From the NCBI GenBank assembly GCA_963711835.1, contig CAVQFQ010000005.1, positions 288,001-352,000 of the forward strand: a stretch of DNA of 64,000 bases. Reading direction: 5' to 3'. Positions 38,336-49,798 of this stretch are shown here, in pieces. A program made the translations under genes and the position numbers. How positions within the stretch are numbered: position 1 is the stretch's first letter; each line of letters opens with the position of its first letter. The notes beneath the pieces were generated by a model. The model saw nothing but the letters and a program-made list of their open reading frames with translations. It was not told the DNA's origin and searched no databases. The DNA comes from an uncultured delta proteobacterium. Lineage in GTDB: Bacteria > Desulfobacterota > RBG-13-43-22.

Positions 38336-39516
38336 AAAATCTCCCGGAAAATACCTTTTCCCAGGTATTCCTTCAAACGGTCCATCCCTTGATTGATTCG
38401 TTCCAGGGAGTTGGCATAGGCCAATCGGAGATACCCTTCTCCACCGGCCCCGAAATCAATGCCCGGCGTGACTCCAATCCGGGCCTTTTTTAACAGATCA
38501 AAGGCCAGCTTATAGGAATCAGGATGAAACTTTTTGGCATTGGCCAAGACATAAAAAGCTCCGGTCGGTTCCACGGCCAAACCGAAGCCCAGTTCCTTCA
38601 GTCGCCGGACCATAAGTACCCGGCGCTCATTATAAACGGCTCTCATCCGTTTGACATCCTCTTGGGCCTGGGTCAGGGCGGCAATGCCCGCCCATTGGGC
38701 CACGGAACCGGCGGAAATAAAAAAATTCTGATGGATTTTCTGCAGAGGGCGTATAAATTCCCAGGGGGCGATCAAGTAACCCAGACGCCAACCGGTCATG
38801 GCGTACAATTTGGAAAAGCCGTTTAAAACAAAGGCCCGGTCCGTGAACTCCAGGATGGAATGTTCCTTTCCTTCGTAAACCAGACCGTGGTAAATCTCAT
38901 CGGAGATGATATACGGCGACAACCGGGCCAGTTGTTCCATACGATCCGGGGACAACAAGGTGCCGGTGGGATTGGAAGGGGAATTGATAAAGATGGCTTT
39001 GGTCCTGGGACCGATCTCCTTCTGAATCTCCTCCGGTCGATACTGAAACCCGTCTTCTTCGTCAACCCGAACCAAAACCGGTTCCCCCTGGGCAAAGCGG
39101 ATAAAATTGGGATAACAGGCATAATGGGGGTCTGATATGATGACCTCCTCCGCAGGCTCCAGCAGGGCCGAAAAGATCATGAACATGGCCGGCGAAGTCC
39201 CGGAGGTAACTATAACCTGCTCCGGAGATACCTTTACCCGGTACTGTTCAAAATAATAGGCGCCGATCGCCTCGCGCAACTCCCAAAGACCCCGGCTGTC
39301 GGTATAGTGGGTCTTTCCATCCCGAATGGCCCGTATGGCCGCCTCTTTGACGCAGTCCGGAGTATCGAAATCGGGTTCCCCTACCTCAAAATGGATAATA
39401 TCCTCCCCGGCCCTTTCCATGGCCTGGGCTGTCTCCATGACATCCATGGCAATAAAGGGGCTTATTTCCCGGGCCCGTTTAGAGACGTGGGAGGTCTGAT
39501 CGTTTTCTTCCTTCAT
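38332..39516 (-). CDS. PLP-dependent class I/II aminotransferase
   Basis: GEPDF, SPSNPTG, SDEIY and FSKLYAMTGWRLG. Confidence 0.92.
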   Translation of the reverse strand: MKEENDQTSHVSKRAREISPFIAMDVMETAQAMERAGEDIIHFEVGEPDFDTPDCVKEAAIRAIRDGKTHYTDSRGLWELREAIGAYYFEQYRVKVSPEQVIVTSGTSPAMFMIFSALLEPAEEVIISDPHYACYPNFIRFAQGEPVLVRVDEEDGFQYRPEEIQKEIGPRTKAIFINSPSNPTGTLLSPDRMEQLARLSPYIISDEIYHGLVYEGKEHSILEFTDRAFVLNGFSKLYAMTGWRLGYLIAPWEFIRPLQKIHQNFFISAGSVAQWAGIAALTQAQEDVKRMRAVYNERRVLMVRRLKELGFGLAVEPTGAFYVLANAKKFHPDSYKLAFDLLKKARIGVTPGIDFGAGGEGYLRLAYANSLERINQGMDRLKEYLGKGIFREIL

Positions 39517-40328
39517 CTAAGTTCCCTTAATTTTCTTTCAGCCTTTCGGCCCAGTTCACTCTCCGGGGCTTGACGGACTACCTCTTGGTAAGCCAAACGG
39601 GCCAGGGACTTCTGATCGAGGAGAACCAGTACCTCACCTAAATCATAATGGGCCTGGGGAAATTGCGGGGCGTATTCAATGGCTTTTTTAAAGGCCGCCG
39701 CCGCTTCTTCATAATGCCGGGTCTCTTTCCAGGATAACCCTAAGGCATGAAAGGCCAGGCTGTAATTAGGGACCAGCCGGATGGCTTCATAATAATTTTT
39801 TCGGGCTTTCTCATAATCCCGTAGGGCCGAATAGGCTTGGCCCAGGTTATAATAAGCGAATTGAGGGGTGAGATAGAGCGGGTCTTCCAGGGTCTTATTG
39901 AACTCGACCAGGGCCTCCTGAAGACGCCCGGTCCTCAAAAGGGCTATGCCTAAATTGTTGCGGACCTCCGTGAAGTTGGGGTCCAAGCGGAGGGCCGATT
40001 GGAACTCCTGTAGGGCCTGGGGAGTCATATCTTTTTCCAGGTAAACAATACCCAGCAGATTCCGGATGGCCGGGTTGTCGGGATCCAGTTCTCTGGCTTT
40101 GATCACTTCCCCCAGGGCCTGGGCCGGCCGTCCTTCCCGGAGCAGGGTATCCCCCAAGCGCATGTGGGTCAGGGCGTCTTCACGGTGCTGCGGCCCGGTC
40201 TGACAGGACGGCAGGACGGCAGCGATCAGTAAAAGTCCCCATAGGAGGATGGTTATCCCGGCCCGGATGCCGGATACCGGATTGCGGATATAAGAGAGGT
40301 CTTTTTTAATAAGAGATTGGTGTACCAT
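39513..40328 (-). CDS. TPR lipoprotein, PilF/PilW/Tgl-like pilotin
   Basis: Lipoprotein-like Cys, TPR repeats, NNLG, LEDPLY.TP..AYYNLG. Confidence 0.75.
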   Translation of the reverse strand: MVHQSLIKKDLSYIRNPVSGIRAGITILLWGLLLIAAVLPSCQTGPQHREDALTHMRLGDTLLREGRPAQALGEVIKARELDPDNPAIRNLLGIVYLEKDMTPQALQEFQSALRLDPNFTEVRNNLGIALLRTGRLQEALVEFNKTLEDPLYLTPQFAYYNLGQAYSALRDYEKARKNYYEAIRLVPNYSLAFHALGLSWKETRHYEEAAAAFKKAIEYAPQFPQAHYDLGEVLVLLDQKSLARLAYQEVVRQAPESELGRKAERKLRELR

Positions 40329-40419
40329 ACCCTTTGCGCCTTACGCCTGTACCGTATGCCTTTCTCGCCTTACGCCTTACGTTTTTATGATTTGCTTTGA
40401 GCTATCAGCTATGAGCTTT

Positions 40420-41292
40420 CTAAATGACTTTATTTAGCGGATACTCAATAATCCCCTCGGCGCCTTTGGTCATCAAGCGGGGGATCAATTCCCGAACCTG
40501 GGATTCTTCGACTACGGTCTCCACCGATAACCAGTTGCTGTTGTAGAGATGGGCGATGGTCGGAGCATTTAGGCTGGGCAGCATCTCAACCACGCCCTTC
40601 AACTTTTCATTGGAGACGTTCATTTTCAGTCCCACCATTTTCTCGGCCCGCAGGGCACCTTGAAGGAGCAGCACCACCTGCTTGATTTTTTCTTTTTTCC
40701 AGGGATCCTTCCAGGACTCCCGGTTGGAAATGACCTGGGTATTGGACTGCATCAGTTCATGGATGATCTTAAGCCCATGGGCCCGGATAGTGCTTCCGGT
40801 TTCGGTTACTTCCACCACAGCGTCGGCCAGGCCTGAGATAATCTTGCCTTCCGTAGCCCCCCAGGAGAATTCAACCTGAACCGGTATCTCCCTCTCCATA
40901 AAATAACGGCGGGTAAAATTGACCAGTTCAGTGGCGATTTTTTTCCCTTGCAGGTCTTCCAGCTTTTTATACTTGGCGTCGCTGGCCACGGCCAGCACCC
41001 AGCGGGCCGGCCGATGGCTGACCTTAGAGTAAAAAAGATCGGCCACCACTTTAACCTTGGAATTATTCTCCAGGATCCAGTCCTTCCCGGTAATCCCCAC
41101 ATCAATGGTTCCATTTTCCACATAACGGGACATCTCCTGGGCCCGGCAGATGGAGCAGTGGATCTCGGCATCGTCAATCTCCGGAAAATAATTCCGGCTG
41201 TTGACATTGATCTTCCAGCCCGACTTTTTAAATAAATTAATAGTCGCTTCCTGCAGACTCCCCTTGGGAATGCCCAACTTTAAGACGTTCAC
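40420..41292 (-). CDS. hisG: ATP phosphoribosyltransferase (long form)
   Basis: [26 protein letters not shown] and a C-terminal regulatory domain. Confidence 0.96.
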   Translation of the reverse strand: MNVLKLGIPKGSLQEATINLFKKSGWKINVNSRNYFPEIDDAEIHCSICRAQEMSRYVENGTIDVGITGKDWILENNSKVKVVADLFYSKVSHRPARWVLAVASDAKYKKLEDLQGKKIATELVNFTRRYFMEREIPVQVEFSWGATEGKIISGLADAVVEVTETGSTIRAHGLKIIHELMQSNTQVISNRESWKDPWKKEKIKQVVLLLQGALRAEKMVGLKMNVSNEKLKGVVEMLPSLNAPTIAHLYNSNWLSVETVVEESQVRELIPRLMTKGAEGIIEYPLNKVI

Positions 41293-41669
41293 TTTTTATA
41301 AACCTCCTTGGGATCAAAAACCCTCTCCCCGACGACTTCAAGCGTCTCCGTTTTTCCAACCTTCCGGAAAAAACAGCTCCGGTATCCGGTGTGGCAGGCT
41401 CCTCCTTTTTGCTCCACTTTAAGAAGAATGGTGTCGGCATCACAATCAATCCAAATTTCCTTGACCTCCTGAACATGGCCGGAGGTCTCCCCTTTAAACC
41501 ACAATTCATCCCGGGACCGGCTCCAGTAATGGGCCTTTCGGGTAGCCAGGGTCTTTTCCCAGGCCTCTTGATTCATATAGGCCATCATGAGGACCTGGCC
41601 TGTTTCCCAATCCTGGGCGATGGCCGGCAGAAGTCCCCCGCCTTTTTCAAAATGTAATTTAATTCCCAT
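41289..41669 (-). CDS. hisI: Phosphoribosyl-AMP cyclohydrolase
   Basis: WSRSR..LW.KGETSG, DCDAD and [10 protein letters not shown]. Confidence 0.96.
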   Translation of the reverse strand: MGIKLHFEKGGGLLPAIAQDWETGQVLMMAYMNQEAWEKTLATRKAHYWSRSRDELWFKGETSGHVQEVKEIWIDCDADTILLKVEQKGGACHTGYRSCFFRKVGKTETLEVVGERVFDPKEVYKK

Positions 41670-41963
41670 AAGATGAATACCAGTTGATCCTTAATACCTT
41701 AACCTATTTTTTAATTTATAAGGGGAAGCCAAAAAGATTTCAACCTAATTATATCAGCCTCCCCAAAGACTTGGAGATGACCATCGAGGACGCTGGGGAG
41801 CATCTTCTGCCATTACAACCTATTGATTTCAGCTTGTTTCGCCCAACATTGGTGCGGCTTCTTGGAATAAGCGTGAATAAATTTGCGCCGATAAGCCGGA
41901 AGGTAAAACCCCTTCGGCCCTGTCTTCATCAGGATCCTTTTTCCGTGTTGAGAAACCAGAGGT

Positions 41964-43028
41964 TCAGTCGGCTGGAGACCGCCGCGTCTGCGGCAAGGTC
42001 CAGTCGGCGTGGAGTTGGCCGCAGGCCGCTGAAATATCGGCGCCCTTGCTGCGCCGGATAATGACCGTGTAATGATTCCGGATCAGGATGTCCTGAAACT
42101 GAAGAAGACTCTTTTCCTCCGGGGGCCGAAAGGCGATTCCGGGATGAGGGTTAAAGGGAATCAGGTTGATCTTGGCCTTAACCCCCAGGAGGAGTTTGGC
42201 CAGGGCCCGGGCCTCCCGGAGAGAATCGTTTACCCCTTGGATCAGGATGTACTCAAAAGTGATCCTTTTGCTGTGGGGCAGAGGAAAATTGCTGCAGGCC
42301 TCCATCAAATCCCTCAGGGGATAGCGGCGGTTGATCGGCATCAGTTGATTACGGGTCGAATCATCGGCCGCATTCAAGGACACCGCCAGGTTTACAGGAA
42401 TGAGTTGGCCGAGGGTTTTCATTTCAGGCACCAGGCCGGCAGTCGATAAGGTGACATGGCGATGGGAGAACTGCATCCCCTGGGGAGAGAGAAGAATTTT
42501 CAAAGCCTTGACCGTGTTCTCAAAATTATGCAACGGCTCCCCCATGCCCATAAAGACGATATTGGTCAGCGGCTGGGCCTGGTCCTTTAAAAAGGCCTGG
42601 GCTGCCAGGACCTGGTTGATGATCTCAGAGGCCTTAAGATTTCTTTTAAGTCCCCTGGTGCCGGTGCAGCAGAACCTGCATTTCTGGGCACAGCCCACCT
42701 GGGATGAAATACACAGGGTATGATGACCCCTTTCCGGTATCAGGACGCTTTCAATATGTTCCCCGTCCTCCAGCCGGAAAAGAAACTTTCGCGTCCCGTC
42801 GGACGACTGCTCTATTTTTTCAGTCACCAGGCAGCTTAAATAAGCCAGCTCTTCAAATTGAGTCCGCCATTTTTTTGATAAATTCGACATCTGGTCGAAG
42901 GAGTGAATCCCGGGGTCGAAAAGCCAACTGAAGACCTGTTCGCTTCGATAAGGCTGCAGACCCAATCCAACCACCCATCGGCTCAATTCATCAAAAGTCA
43001 AATTTCTCAGGTCAATCTTCCGATCCAT
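41964..43028 (-). CDS. rlmN: 23S rRNA m2A2503 methyltransferase
   Basis: CISSQVGC...CRFC, MGMGEP and DISAACGQL. Confidence 0.96.
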   Translation of the reverse strand: MDRKIDLRNLTFDELSRWVVGLGLQPYRSEQVFSWLFDPGIHSFDQMSNLSKKWRTQFEELAYLSCLVTEKIEQSSDGTRKFLFRLEDGEHIESVLIPERGHHTLCISSQVGCAQKCRFCCTGTRGLKRNLKASEIINQVLAAQAFLKDQAQPLTNIVFMGMGEPLHNFENTVKALKILLSPQGMQFSHRHVTLSTAGLVPEMKTLGQLIPVNLAVSLNAADDSTRNQLMPINRRYPLRDLMEACSNFPLPHSKRITFEYILIQGVNDSLREARALAKLLLGVKAKINLIPFNPHPGIAFRPPEEKSLLQFQDILIRNHYTVIIRRSKGADISAACGQLHADWTLPQTRRSPAD

Positions 43029-43101
43029 TTTTTACCTGACCTTGGCCTAAGAGCTGTGAGCTTTCATCTATGAGCCCCTTCAGGTATCAGCTCTTTCAGC
43101 T

Positions 43102-44395
43102 TTAAACTATTGCCTTGGCCTTCTTGCCTATGAGCTGTGAGCTTTCAGCTATAAGCTTTTCTGCCGCGCTCTCCCCGGCCACCCAGCCGGTCGAAAAGGC
43201 CGCCTGAAGGTTATAACCTCCGGTTTTCCCCTGGATATCAAGGACCTCTCCGCAAAGATATAATCCCTGAAGTATCCTGGATTCAAGGGTCCTGGGGTCG
43301 ACCTCCTTAAGAGATACCCCACCGGCCGTGACGATGGCCTCTTCCAGGGGACGCAGCCCTTTTATGGCCAGACGAAAATCGGTCAACAAGGCCCTGATTC
43401 GTGCCCGTTCTTCCCCGGTAATTTGATGGCCTTTTTTATCAGCCGGTATCTGCAAAATCCTGATGAATACCGGGATCAGGGAATTGGGCAGAAGGGTTTT
43501 TAAAAGGCCCTGGAACCCTTTGCGATGATGGGCCGTTAATTCCCTTTGCAGTCTTTGGTCCAACTGATCCGCTGATAAGGCCGGCTTGAAATTGATCCCT
43601 ATCTCGACCCGGCCTTGTCTTAAACACTCCCCGACTCTTCCGCTCAAGGTCAGAATTATCGGCCCGGAAATCCCAAAATGGGTAAAGATCATCTCTCCGA
43701 ATTCCGATTGATCTTTTTGCCCCTTTGGATACAGGGTGGCCTTGACATTTTTCAAAGACAGACCCTGGAGTTCCCTGATCCAGTCTTCCTCGACCACGAG
43801 AGGGATCAGGAAAGGACGGATCGGGACCAGGGAATGCCCGGCCTTTTGAGCCAAGACGATAGCCGTCTCCGCTGGAACCGGTCTTTGTATAGGAGGCCCC
43901 GCCGGTGGCCAGGATAACGGCCCGGCCTTTAAATTCACCCTGTCGGGAGCGCACCCCCTCTATTTTGCCCCGGGAGAAAAGAAGGTCCTGAATCGGATTG
44001 TCCCTGATTAAATGCACTCCCTTTTCCCTTATGTAGTCTGAAAGGGCCCTAACCACATCCCGGGCCTGGTTCGATTGAGGGAAAACCCGATTCCCCCTCT
44101 CGACCGACACCGGTACCCCTCTTTCTTCAAAAAAATCCATCAGGTCCCGGTTAAAGAAACGGGCCAGAGAATTCCTTAAAAACCGCCCGTCCGGGTAGTA
44201 GCTTTCGATAAAGGTGGGGATGTCTCCCAGATTGGTCAGATTGCATCTTCCTTTTCCCGTAAGGCCCAGTTTCAGACCCACCTTCGGCATCTTCTCGACG
44301 AGGAGGACCCTGGCCCCTTTTTCCGCCGCCCGGCCGGCCGCCATCAAACCGGAAGCCCCGGCCCCGGCTACGATGATGTCAAACAATGAACTCAT
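43102..44395 (-). CDS. HI0933/YhiN/BaiN flavoprotein, +1 frameshift near 43851
   Basis: GAGASG, TGKGRCN, LATGG, FTHFGISGP and GGYNLQAAFSTG; one extra G breaks DGYRLAQKAGH. Confidence 0.9.
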
Positions 44396-44421
44396 CTTAT
44401 TCTGATTATAGGTCAAAAAAA

Positions 44422-46068
44422 TCAGGCCCCCTGAAGGGCTGTTCGGACTATGGTTTGGGCCTGCTCCACCAGGGTTTCCAGGTGTTCCAGGCTCCGGAAG
44501 CTCTCGGCATAAAGTTTGTAGATATTTTCAGTCCCCGAGGGGCGAGCCGCAAACCAGCCGTTCGCAGCCGCCACCTTTAATCCGCCGATGCCGGCATTAT
44601 TGCCGGGGGCCCGGGTCAGCTTGCTTAGAATCACTTCACCGGCCAGTTCCCTGGCCGTTACCACCTCGGGGGTCAATTTTTTAAAGGCCTTTTTTTGTTC
44701 GGGCGTGGCCGGGGCGTCAATTCGAATGGTGTAAGGTGTCCCTAAATCCTTTGTGAGTTCCTGATAATAAAGGCCGGGATCCTTCCCGGTCCGGGCCCTG
44801 ATTTCGGCCGCCAGCAGGCCGAGGATGATGCCGTCTTTATCCGTGGTCCAGGCGCTGCCGTCCAGCCTGAGAAAACTTGCCCCGGCACTCTCCTCGCCAC
44901 CGAAACAGATGGAGCCTTCCAGCAATCCCTGGGCAAACCATTTAAAGCCCACCGGGACTTCCAGGAGTTTCCGGCCCAACCTGGCCGCTACCCGATCGAT
45001 CAGGCTGCTGCTTACCAGGGTTTTCCCCACAGCCGAGGAAAGCGGCCAGTCCGGCCGATGGGTCAGCAGGTAATGGATGGCCACGGCCAGATAATGGTTG
45101 GGGTTCATCAGTCCTGCGGAAGGGGTGACGATGCCGTGCCGATCGGCATCGGTATCATTACCGAAGGCCAGGTCGAAGCGGTTCTTTAATTTAAGCAGAC
45201 CGGCCATGGCATAAGGACTGGAGCAGTCCATACGGATCTGGCCGTCATGATCCAGGGTCATGAAGCGAAAGGTGGGATCCACCGTTGCGTTGACGACCGT
45301 CAGATCGATTCCATAAAAATCCCGGATCGGTTCCCAATAATGAACCGAGGCCCCGCCCAACGGATCCACTCCGACCTTAATAGCGGTGGAGCGAATGATT
45401 TCCATATCAACAACAGCGGCCAGGTCTTTGATATAGGGCCCCAGGAAGTCCTCTTGAAAGGTGGTCTCCGCTTTCAAGGCCGAATCATAGGACATCCGCC
45501 TGACTTCCCGATTATCTTCCCGAAGCAGGGTATTGGCCCGATCCTGGATCCAATCCGTCACCTCCGTATCGGCCGGGCCTCCGTTGGGGGGATTGTATTT
45601 GAAACCGCCGTCAGCCGGAGGGTTATGAGACGGAGTAATGATAATCCCATCGGCCCAGTGATCCTTCCTCCCCCGGTTATAGGACAGGATGGCCCGTGAA
45701 ATCGACGGGGTCGGGGTAAATTCCCGGCCCTCTTGAAGGCCGGTTTTCACCTCATTGGCGGCCAGTACTTCCAGGGCCGTCCTTTCCGCCAGAGGAGATA
45801 CGGCGTGGGTATCTTTCCCCAGAAACAAAGGCCCGCTGATCCCCTGGATCCGCCGGTAATCACAGATGGCCTGGGTTATGGCCAGGATATGGGCTTCGTT
45901 AAAAGTGCCCTCCAGGGGACTTCCTCGATGGCCGCTGGTACCGAAGCTAATCCGCTGGTTGGGATCATCAAGGTCCGGCCCCTGTTCATAATAGGCCTTT
46001 TCCAGTTGAGCCGGATCAATCAGAAATTCCTCGGGAGCGGGTTTTCCCGCCAGGGGATGGATGCTCAT
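44422..46068 (-). CDS. pgm: Phosphoglucomutase
   Basis: FGTSGHRG, TPSHNP, DTDADR and RPSGTE. Confidence 0.96.
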   Translation of the reverse strand: MSIHPLAGKPAPEEFLIDPAQLEKAYYEQGPDLDDPNQRISFGTSGHRGSPLEGTFNEAHILAITQAICDYRRIQGISGPLFLGKDTHAVSPLAERTALEVLAANEVKTGLQEGREFTPTPSISRAILSYNRGRKDHWADGIIITPSHNPPADGGFKYNPPNGGPADTEVTDWIQDRANTLLREDNREVRRMSYDSALKAETTFQEDFLGPYIKDLAAVVDMEIIRSTAIKVGVDPLGGASVHYWEPIRDFYGIDLTVVNATVDPTFRFMTLDHDGQIRMDCSSPYAMAGLLKLKNRFDLAFGNDTDADRHGIVTPSAGLMNPNHYLAVAIHYLLTHRPDWPLSSAVGKTLVSSSLIDRVAARLGRKLLEVPVGFKWFAQGLLEGSICFGGEESAGASFLRLDGSAWTTDKDGIILGLLAAEIRARTGKDPGLYYQELTKDLGTPYTIRIDAPATPEQKKAFKKLTPEVVTARELAGEVILSKLTRAPGNNAGIGGLKVAAANGWFAARPSGTENIYKLYAESFRSLEHLETLVEQAQTIVRTALQGA

Positions 46069-46136
46069 CTATACTCCCATGCGATATATTCTATCACTCT
46101 TAATTCTGGGAATTTATCCCTTACTTCCCAATATTA

Positions 46137-46329
46137 GGTGTAGGGTGGTCTTATTTTTTAAGTTGTCCACCCCAAAGCCATAAGTCCCGCCTGGCGGGAC
46201 AGGCCTACACCCAAGCTGGAAATGGGCTGGGGTGAAAGCCCTGCTCTAAAATGATCTTTGCTGTCCGGGCCGGATTGAGGGCTCTTAGTCACCCTTTGGA
46301 CAACTTAAAAAATAAGACCACCCTACACC
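46137..46329. mobile_element. Non-autonomous element with perfect 33-bp IRs and a structured core (copy 2)
   Basis: ggtgtagggtggtcttattttttaagttgtcca (46137-46169) and its exact reverse complement (46297-46329). Confidence 0.75.
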
Positions 46330-46369
46330 GTTTCTTCAGGACTTTAGAAAAAATTTCAAAGATATTTGG

Positions 46370-47194
46370 TTAGATTTTAGTGTTTCCCCGGTCTAAAAAC
46401 CCGGCGGCTTTCTCGTCCACCAGCCATAAAACCTTCCCTTTTTTCGGCCGGACCAACTGGGCCGGCAGGGGGTCACCCTCAAAATCGCCTTGAAGGACTT
46501 TTTGCAGGGTCTCGGCCTTATCTTCCCCCTGAACCAGAAACATGATCCGGGCGGCGTTGTTGATGACCGGGAGGGTCAGGGTGATGCGACAGGACCGTAA
46601 TGGGCCTACCCAATTGGCGGCCACCAGCCTTTCCTTTTCATAAAAGGCTTCCGACCCCGGGAACAGGGAGGCCGTGTGACCATCCCGGCCCATCCCGAGC
46701 AGGACCAGGTCAAAAGAGGGGAATGCCCCGGCCGGCAAATGAAAAAAATCTTTTATCTCCTGTTCATAGTCCCTGGCGGCGGCGATAGGGTCGGGATTTT
46801 CTCCCCGAATGCGATGGAGGTTGGTCAAAGGAACCGGAATTTTTGACAGCCAGGCCTGGTAGGCCAGCCGATAATTGCTTTCAGGATGATCCGGAGGAAC
46901 AGGCCGCTCATCCCCCCAGAAAAAAAACATCTTATCCCAGGGGATGCCAGGCCGGCTAAGGGGTTTGCTTCCCAGCAGGGAATAGAGACTCCCTGGTGTT
47001 GATCCCCCCGAAAGGGCCGCCGTAAAGGTCTTTTTCGAATCCAGGACCTCTCCGGCCAGGGAAATAAATTGTTTCGCGGCCGTACGGCTGAGTTCCTCCG
47101 GATCGGCCAGGATTTGTATCTCCGTATTTTCAGGAAGTCTATCTATGGTGACGGTCCTCCGGTCCCCAGTCAGGCAATAATGCGCCCCTGCCAC
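46370..47194 (-). CDS. pgl: 6-phosphogluconolactonase (start uncertain)
   Basis: LSGGSTP, GDER.VP, SNY and LLGMG.DGHTASLFP. Confidence 0.93.
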   Translation of the reverse strand: MAGAHYCLTGDRRTVTIDRLPENTEIQILADPEELSRTAAKQFISLAGEVLDSKKTFTAALSGGSTPGSLYSLLGSKPLSRPGIPWDKMFFFWGDERPVPPDHPESNYRLAYQAWLSKIPVPLTNLHRIRGENPDPIAAARDYEQEIKDFFHLPAGAFPSFDLVLLGMGRDGHTASLFPGSEAFYEKERLVAANWVGPLRSCRITLTLPVINNAARIMFLVQGEDKAETLQKVLQGDFEGDPLPAQLVRPKKGKVLWLVDEKAAGFLDRGNTKI

Positions 47195-47209
47195 CTCTTT
47201 TGAACGATA

Positions 47210-47959
47210 CTATTTTTTTTTCTTCAACTGTCCGGCAACGGCCTCCGTGGCCCGCTTCACCGCCTCCGGGTCTCCTAGGTAATAACTCCGAATGGGCTTC
47301 AAATCTTCTTCCAATTCGTAAACCAGAGGGATTCCGGTTGGGATATTCAGACCGACGATCCGGTCGTCCGGGATCTTGTCCAGATATTTGACCAAGGCCC
47401 GCAGGCTGTTTCCATGGGCGGCGATTAATATCCGCTTCCCCTGCCGCACCGCCGGAGTAATGGTTTCATGCCAGTATGGCAAGAAACGTTCCACAGTGTC
47501 CTTCAGACATTCGCTGAGGGGAATTTCTTCGGGCCGGAGATCGGCATAACGGGGGTCATTGCCCGAGTAGCGCGGATCCCTGGTCGTCAGCTCCGGGGGC
47601 CGGATATCGTAACTGCGGCGCCAGATCTTGACCTGCTCCATCCCGTGCTTTTCGGCGGTCTCGGCTTTATTAAGCCCTTGAAGGGCCCCGTAATGGCGCT
47701 CATTCAGCCGCCAGTTGTGAATGATCGGAATCCACATCAGGTCCATCTCCTCCAGGACAATCCAGAGGGTTTTGATGGCCCGTTTAAGCACCGAGGTGAA
47801 AGCCAGGTCAAAAATAAACCCTTCCCCGGCCAGAACACGGCCGCCCTCAACGGCCTCCTCTACCCCCTTTTCACTGAGGCCCACATCGGTCCAGCCGGTA
47901 AAACGATTCTCTTTATTCCAGGTGCTCTCACCATGGCGGAGCAGGACTATTTTTTTCAT
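47210..47959 (-). CDS. gpmA: 2,3-BPG-dependent phosphoglycerate mutase
   Basis: RHGES, LNERHYG, WRRSY and AHGNSLR. Confidence 0.97.
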   Translation of the reverse strand: MKKIVLLRHGESTWNKENRFTGWTDVGLSEKGVEEAVEGGRVLAGEGFIFDLAFTSVLKRAIKTLWIVLEEMDLMWIPIIHNWRLNERHYGALQGLNKAETAEKHGMEQVKIWRRSYDIRPPELTTRDPRYSGNDPRYADLRPEEIPLSECLKDTVERFLPYWHETITPAVRQGKRILIAAHGNSLRALVKYLDKIPDDRIVGLNIPTGIPLVYELEEDLKPIRSYYLGDPEAVKRATEAVAGQLKKKK

Positions 47960-48118
47960 GGCTCTGCCTCCTTTTTTGATAAGGATTTTTTCAGTTTAAA
48001 GGATACCCCAGTCCCAGTCAATACCAAAGGGGGGAAAAGAGCGCTGGAAATTTAAGCTGGATTGGTTATAATAACCAACCAATCATTATCATTGATTATC
48101 TGGAGAGGTTAAAAGGAC

Positions 48119-49623
48119 ATGGATAGACGCCGCAGCGGCATTCTCCTGCATATCACCTCCCTCCCCTCCCCTTTCGGCATCGGAGACCTGGGGCCTGAAG
48201 CGTATCACTTTATTGATTTTTTGAATCGGACCGGCCAGAGCTACTGGCAGTTGCTGCCCCTGACCCCCACCGATCCCGGCAGCGGGAATTCCCCCTACAG
48301 CAGTATCTCTTCTTTCGCCGGGAATACCCTGATGATCAGCCCCCGACTCCTGATGGAAGCCGGCTACTTGACCCGGGAGGAGATTTCCGAACCGCCCTTT
48401 TTCCCTTTGGATCGGTGCGATTTTTCCTCAGTCTCCTCTTACAAATCCGGATTACTCTGCCGAGCCTATGATCGTTTTAAAGCAAACCGCTCGGGGAGAC
48501 AGGCCTTCGAAGAATTCTGCCATGGCCATCGCCATTGGCTGGACGATTACGCCCTGTTTGTCTGCCTGAAAAATCACTACCACGGGAGGGCCTGGGGAGA
48601 ATGGGACCCCGGTTACCGGGACAGGGAACCCTCCATGATAGCGGCCTTCGGAAACTCCTTTCCGGAAGCCCTGGAAAGGGAAAAATTCTTCCAATACCTT
48701 TTCTTCAGCCAATGGTCCGCCTTAAAAACTTATGCCCACGGAAAAAACCTGCGCTTTATCGGAGACCTGCCCATCTACGTCAATTACGACAGTGCGGACG
48801 TCTGGACCCACCCCGATCTTTTCAGCCTCGATCAAGACAAAAGACCGTTGAGCCTGGCCGGGGTTCCGCCCGACTATTTCAGCCGGACCGGCCAACTGTG
48901 GGGGAATCCTACCTATTGTTGGGAACGCCTTCAGGAAACCGGTTTTCAGTGGTGGTTGACCCGAATCGCCCACCATCTTGAACTCCAGGATATCCTGCGG
49001 ATTGACCACTTCAGGGGTTTGGTCGCCTTATTGGGAAGTGTCGAACACGGAAACCACAGCCCTGCACGGACGAATGGAAAGAAGTCCCGACCATCCCATT
49101 TTTTACTGCCCTTCTTGATAAATTCCCGGCCAGCTCGATTATCGCCGAAGACTTAGGCTATATTACGCCGGAGGTCAAAGAGGTCATGAACCGTTTCGGT
49201 TTCCCGGGGATGCGCATCCTTCTTTTTGCCTTTGGGGAAGACAACCCCGATCACCTTTATTTACCCCACAACTATATCCCCAACTGTGTCGCCTATACCG
49301 GGACCCACGACAATAATACCGTTCGGGGCTGGTTCGAGAACGAAACCGGCCCCCAGGAGCGACAGCGATTATTTCGGTATCTGGGAAGAGAAGTCTCCGG
49401 TCAGGAATTACCCCGGGAACTCATTCGCCTGGTCATGATCTCTCCGGCCGATACCGTTGTTGTCCCCCTGCAGGATCTCTTAGGCTTGGGAAGGGAGGCC
49501 CGGATGAATATTCCATCCACGGCCAGGGACAATTGGGAATGGCGCTTTCTGCCGAATCAGTTGACGCCCTATCACGGGGATTGGCTTGGGGAGATTACTG
49601 CGACCTATGGCCGGGCGCGTTAG
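48119..49623 (+). CDS. malQ: 4-alpha-glucanotransferase (amylomaltase), two +1 frameshifts near 49028 and 49070
   Basis: GILLHITSLP, GDLPIYV, GVPPDYFS, RIDHFRG, IIAEDLG and YTGTHDN. Confidence 0.93.
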
Positions 49624-49629
49624 TAGGGA

Positions 49630-49765
49630 AAATCCGAAACAATCTCTAAATTCAAATGATCAAAACTCCAATCAGAACGGGCCGGTGATTTGGATGGCCA
49701 GTTTTGAGACTTTGAAATTCGGTCATTTGAATTTGTTTCGGATTTCGAGTTCGGATTTCGAATTT
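49630..49765. repeat. Imperfect inverted repeat built from short (7-8 nt) units
   Basis: aaatccgaaacaa/ttgtttcggattt and aaattcaaatga/tcatttgaattt, between convergent malQ and queF. Confidence 0.55.
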
Positions 49766-49798
49766 AATCCCCTCTTGGCTGGGTTAGGGATAGGGGGA

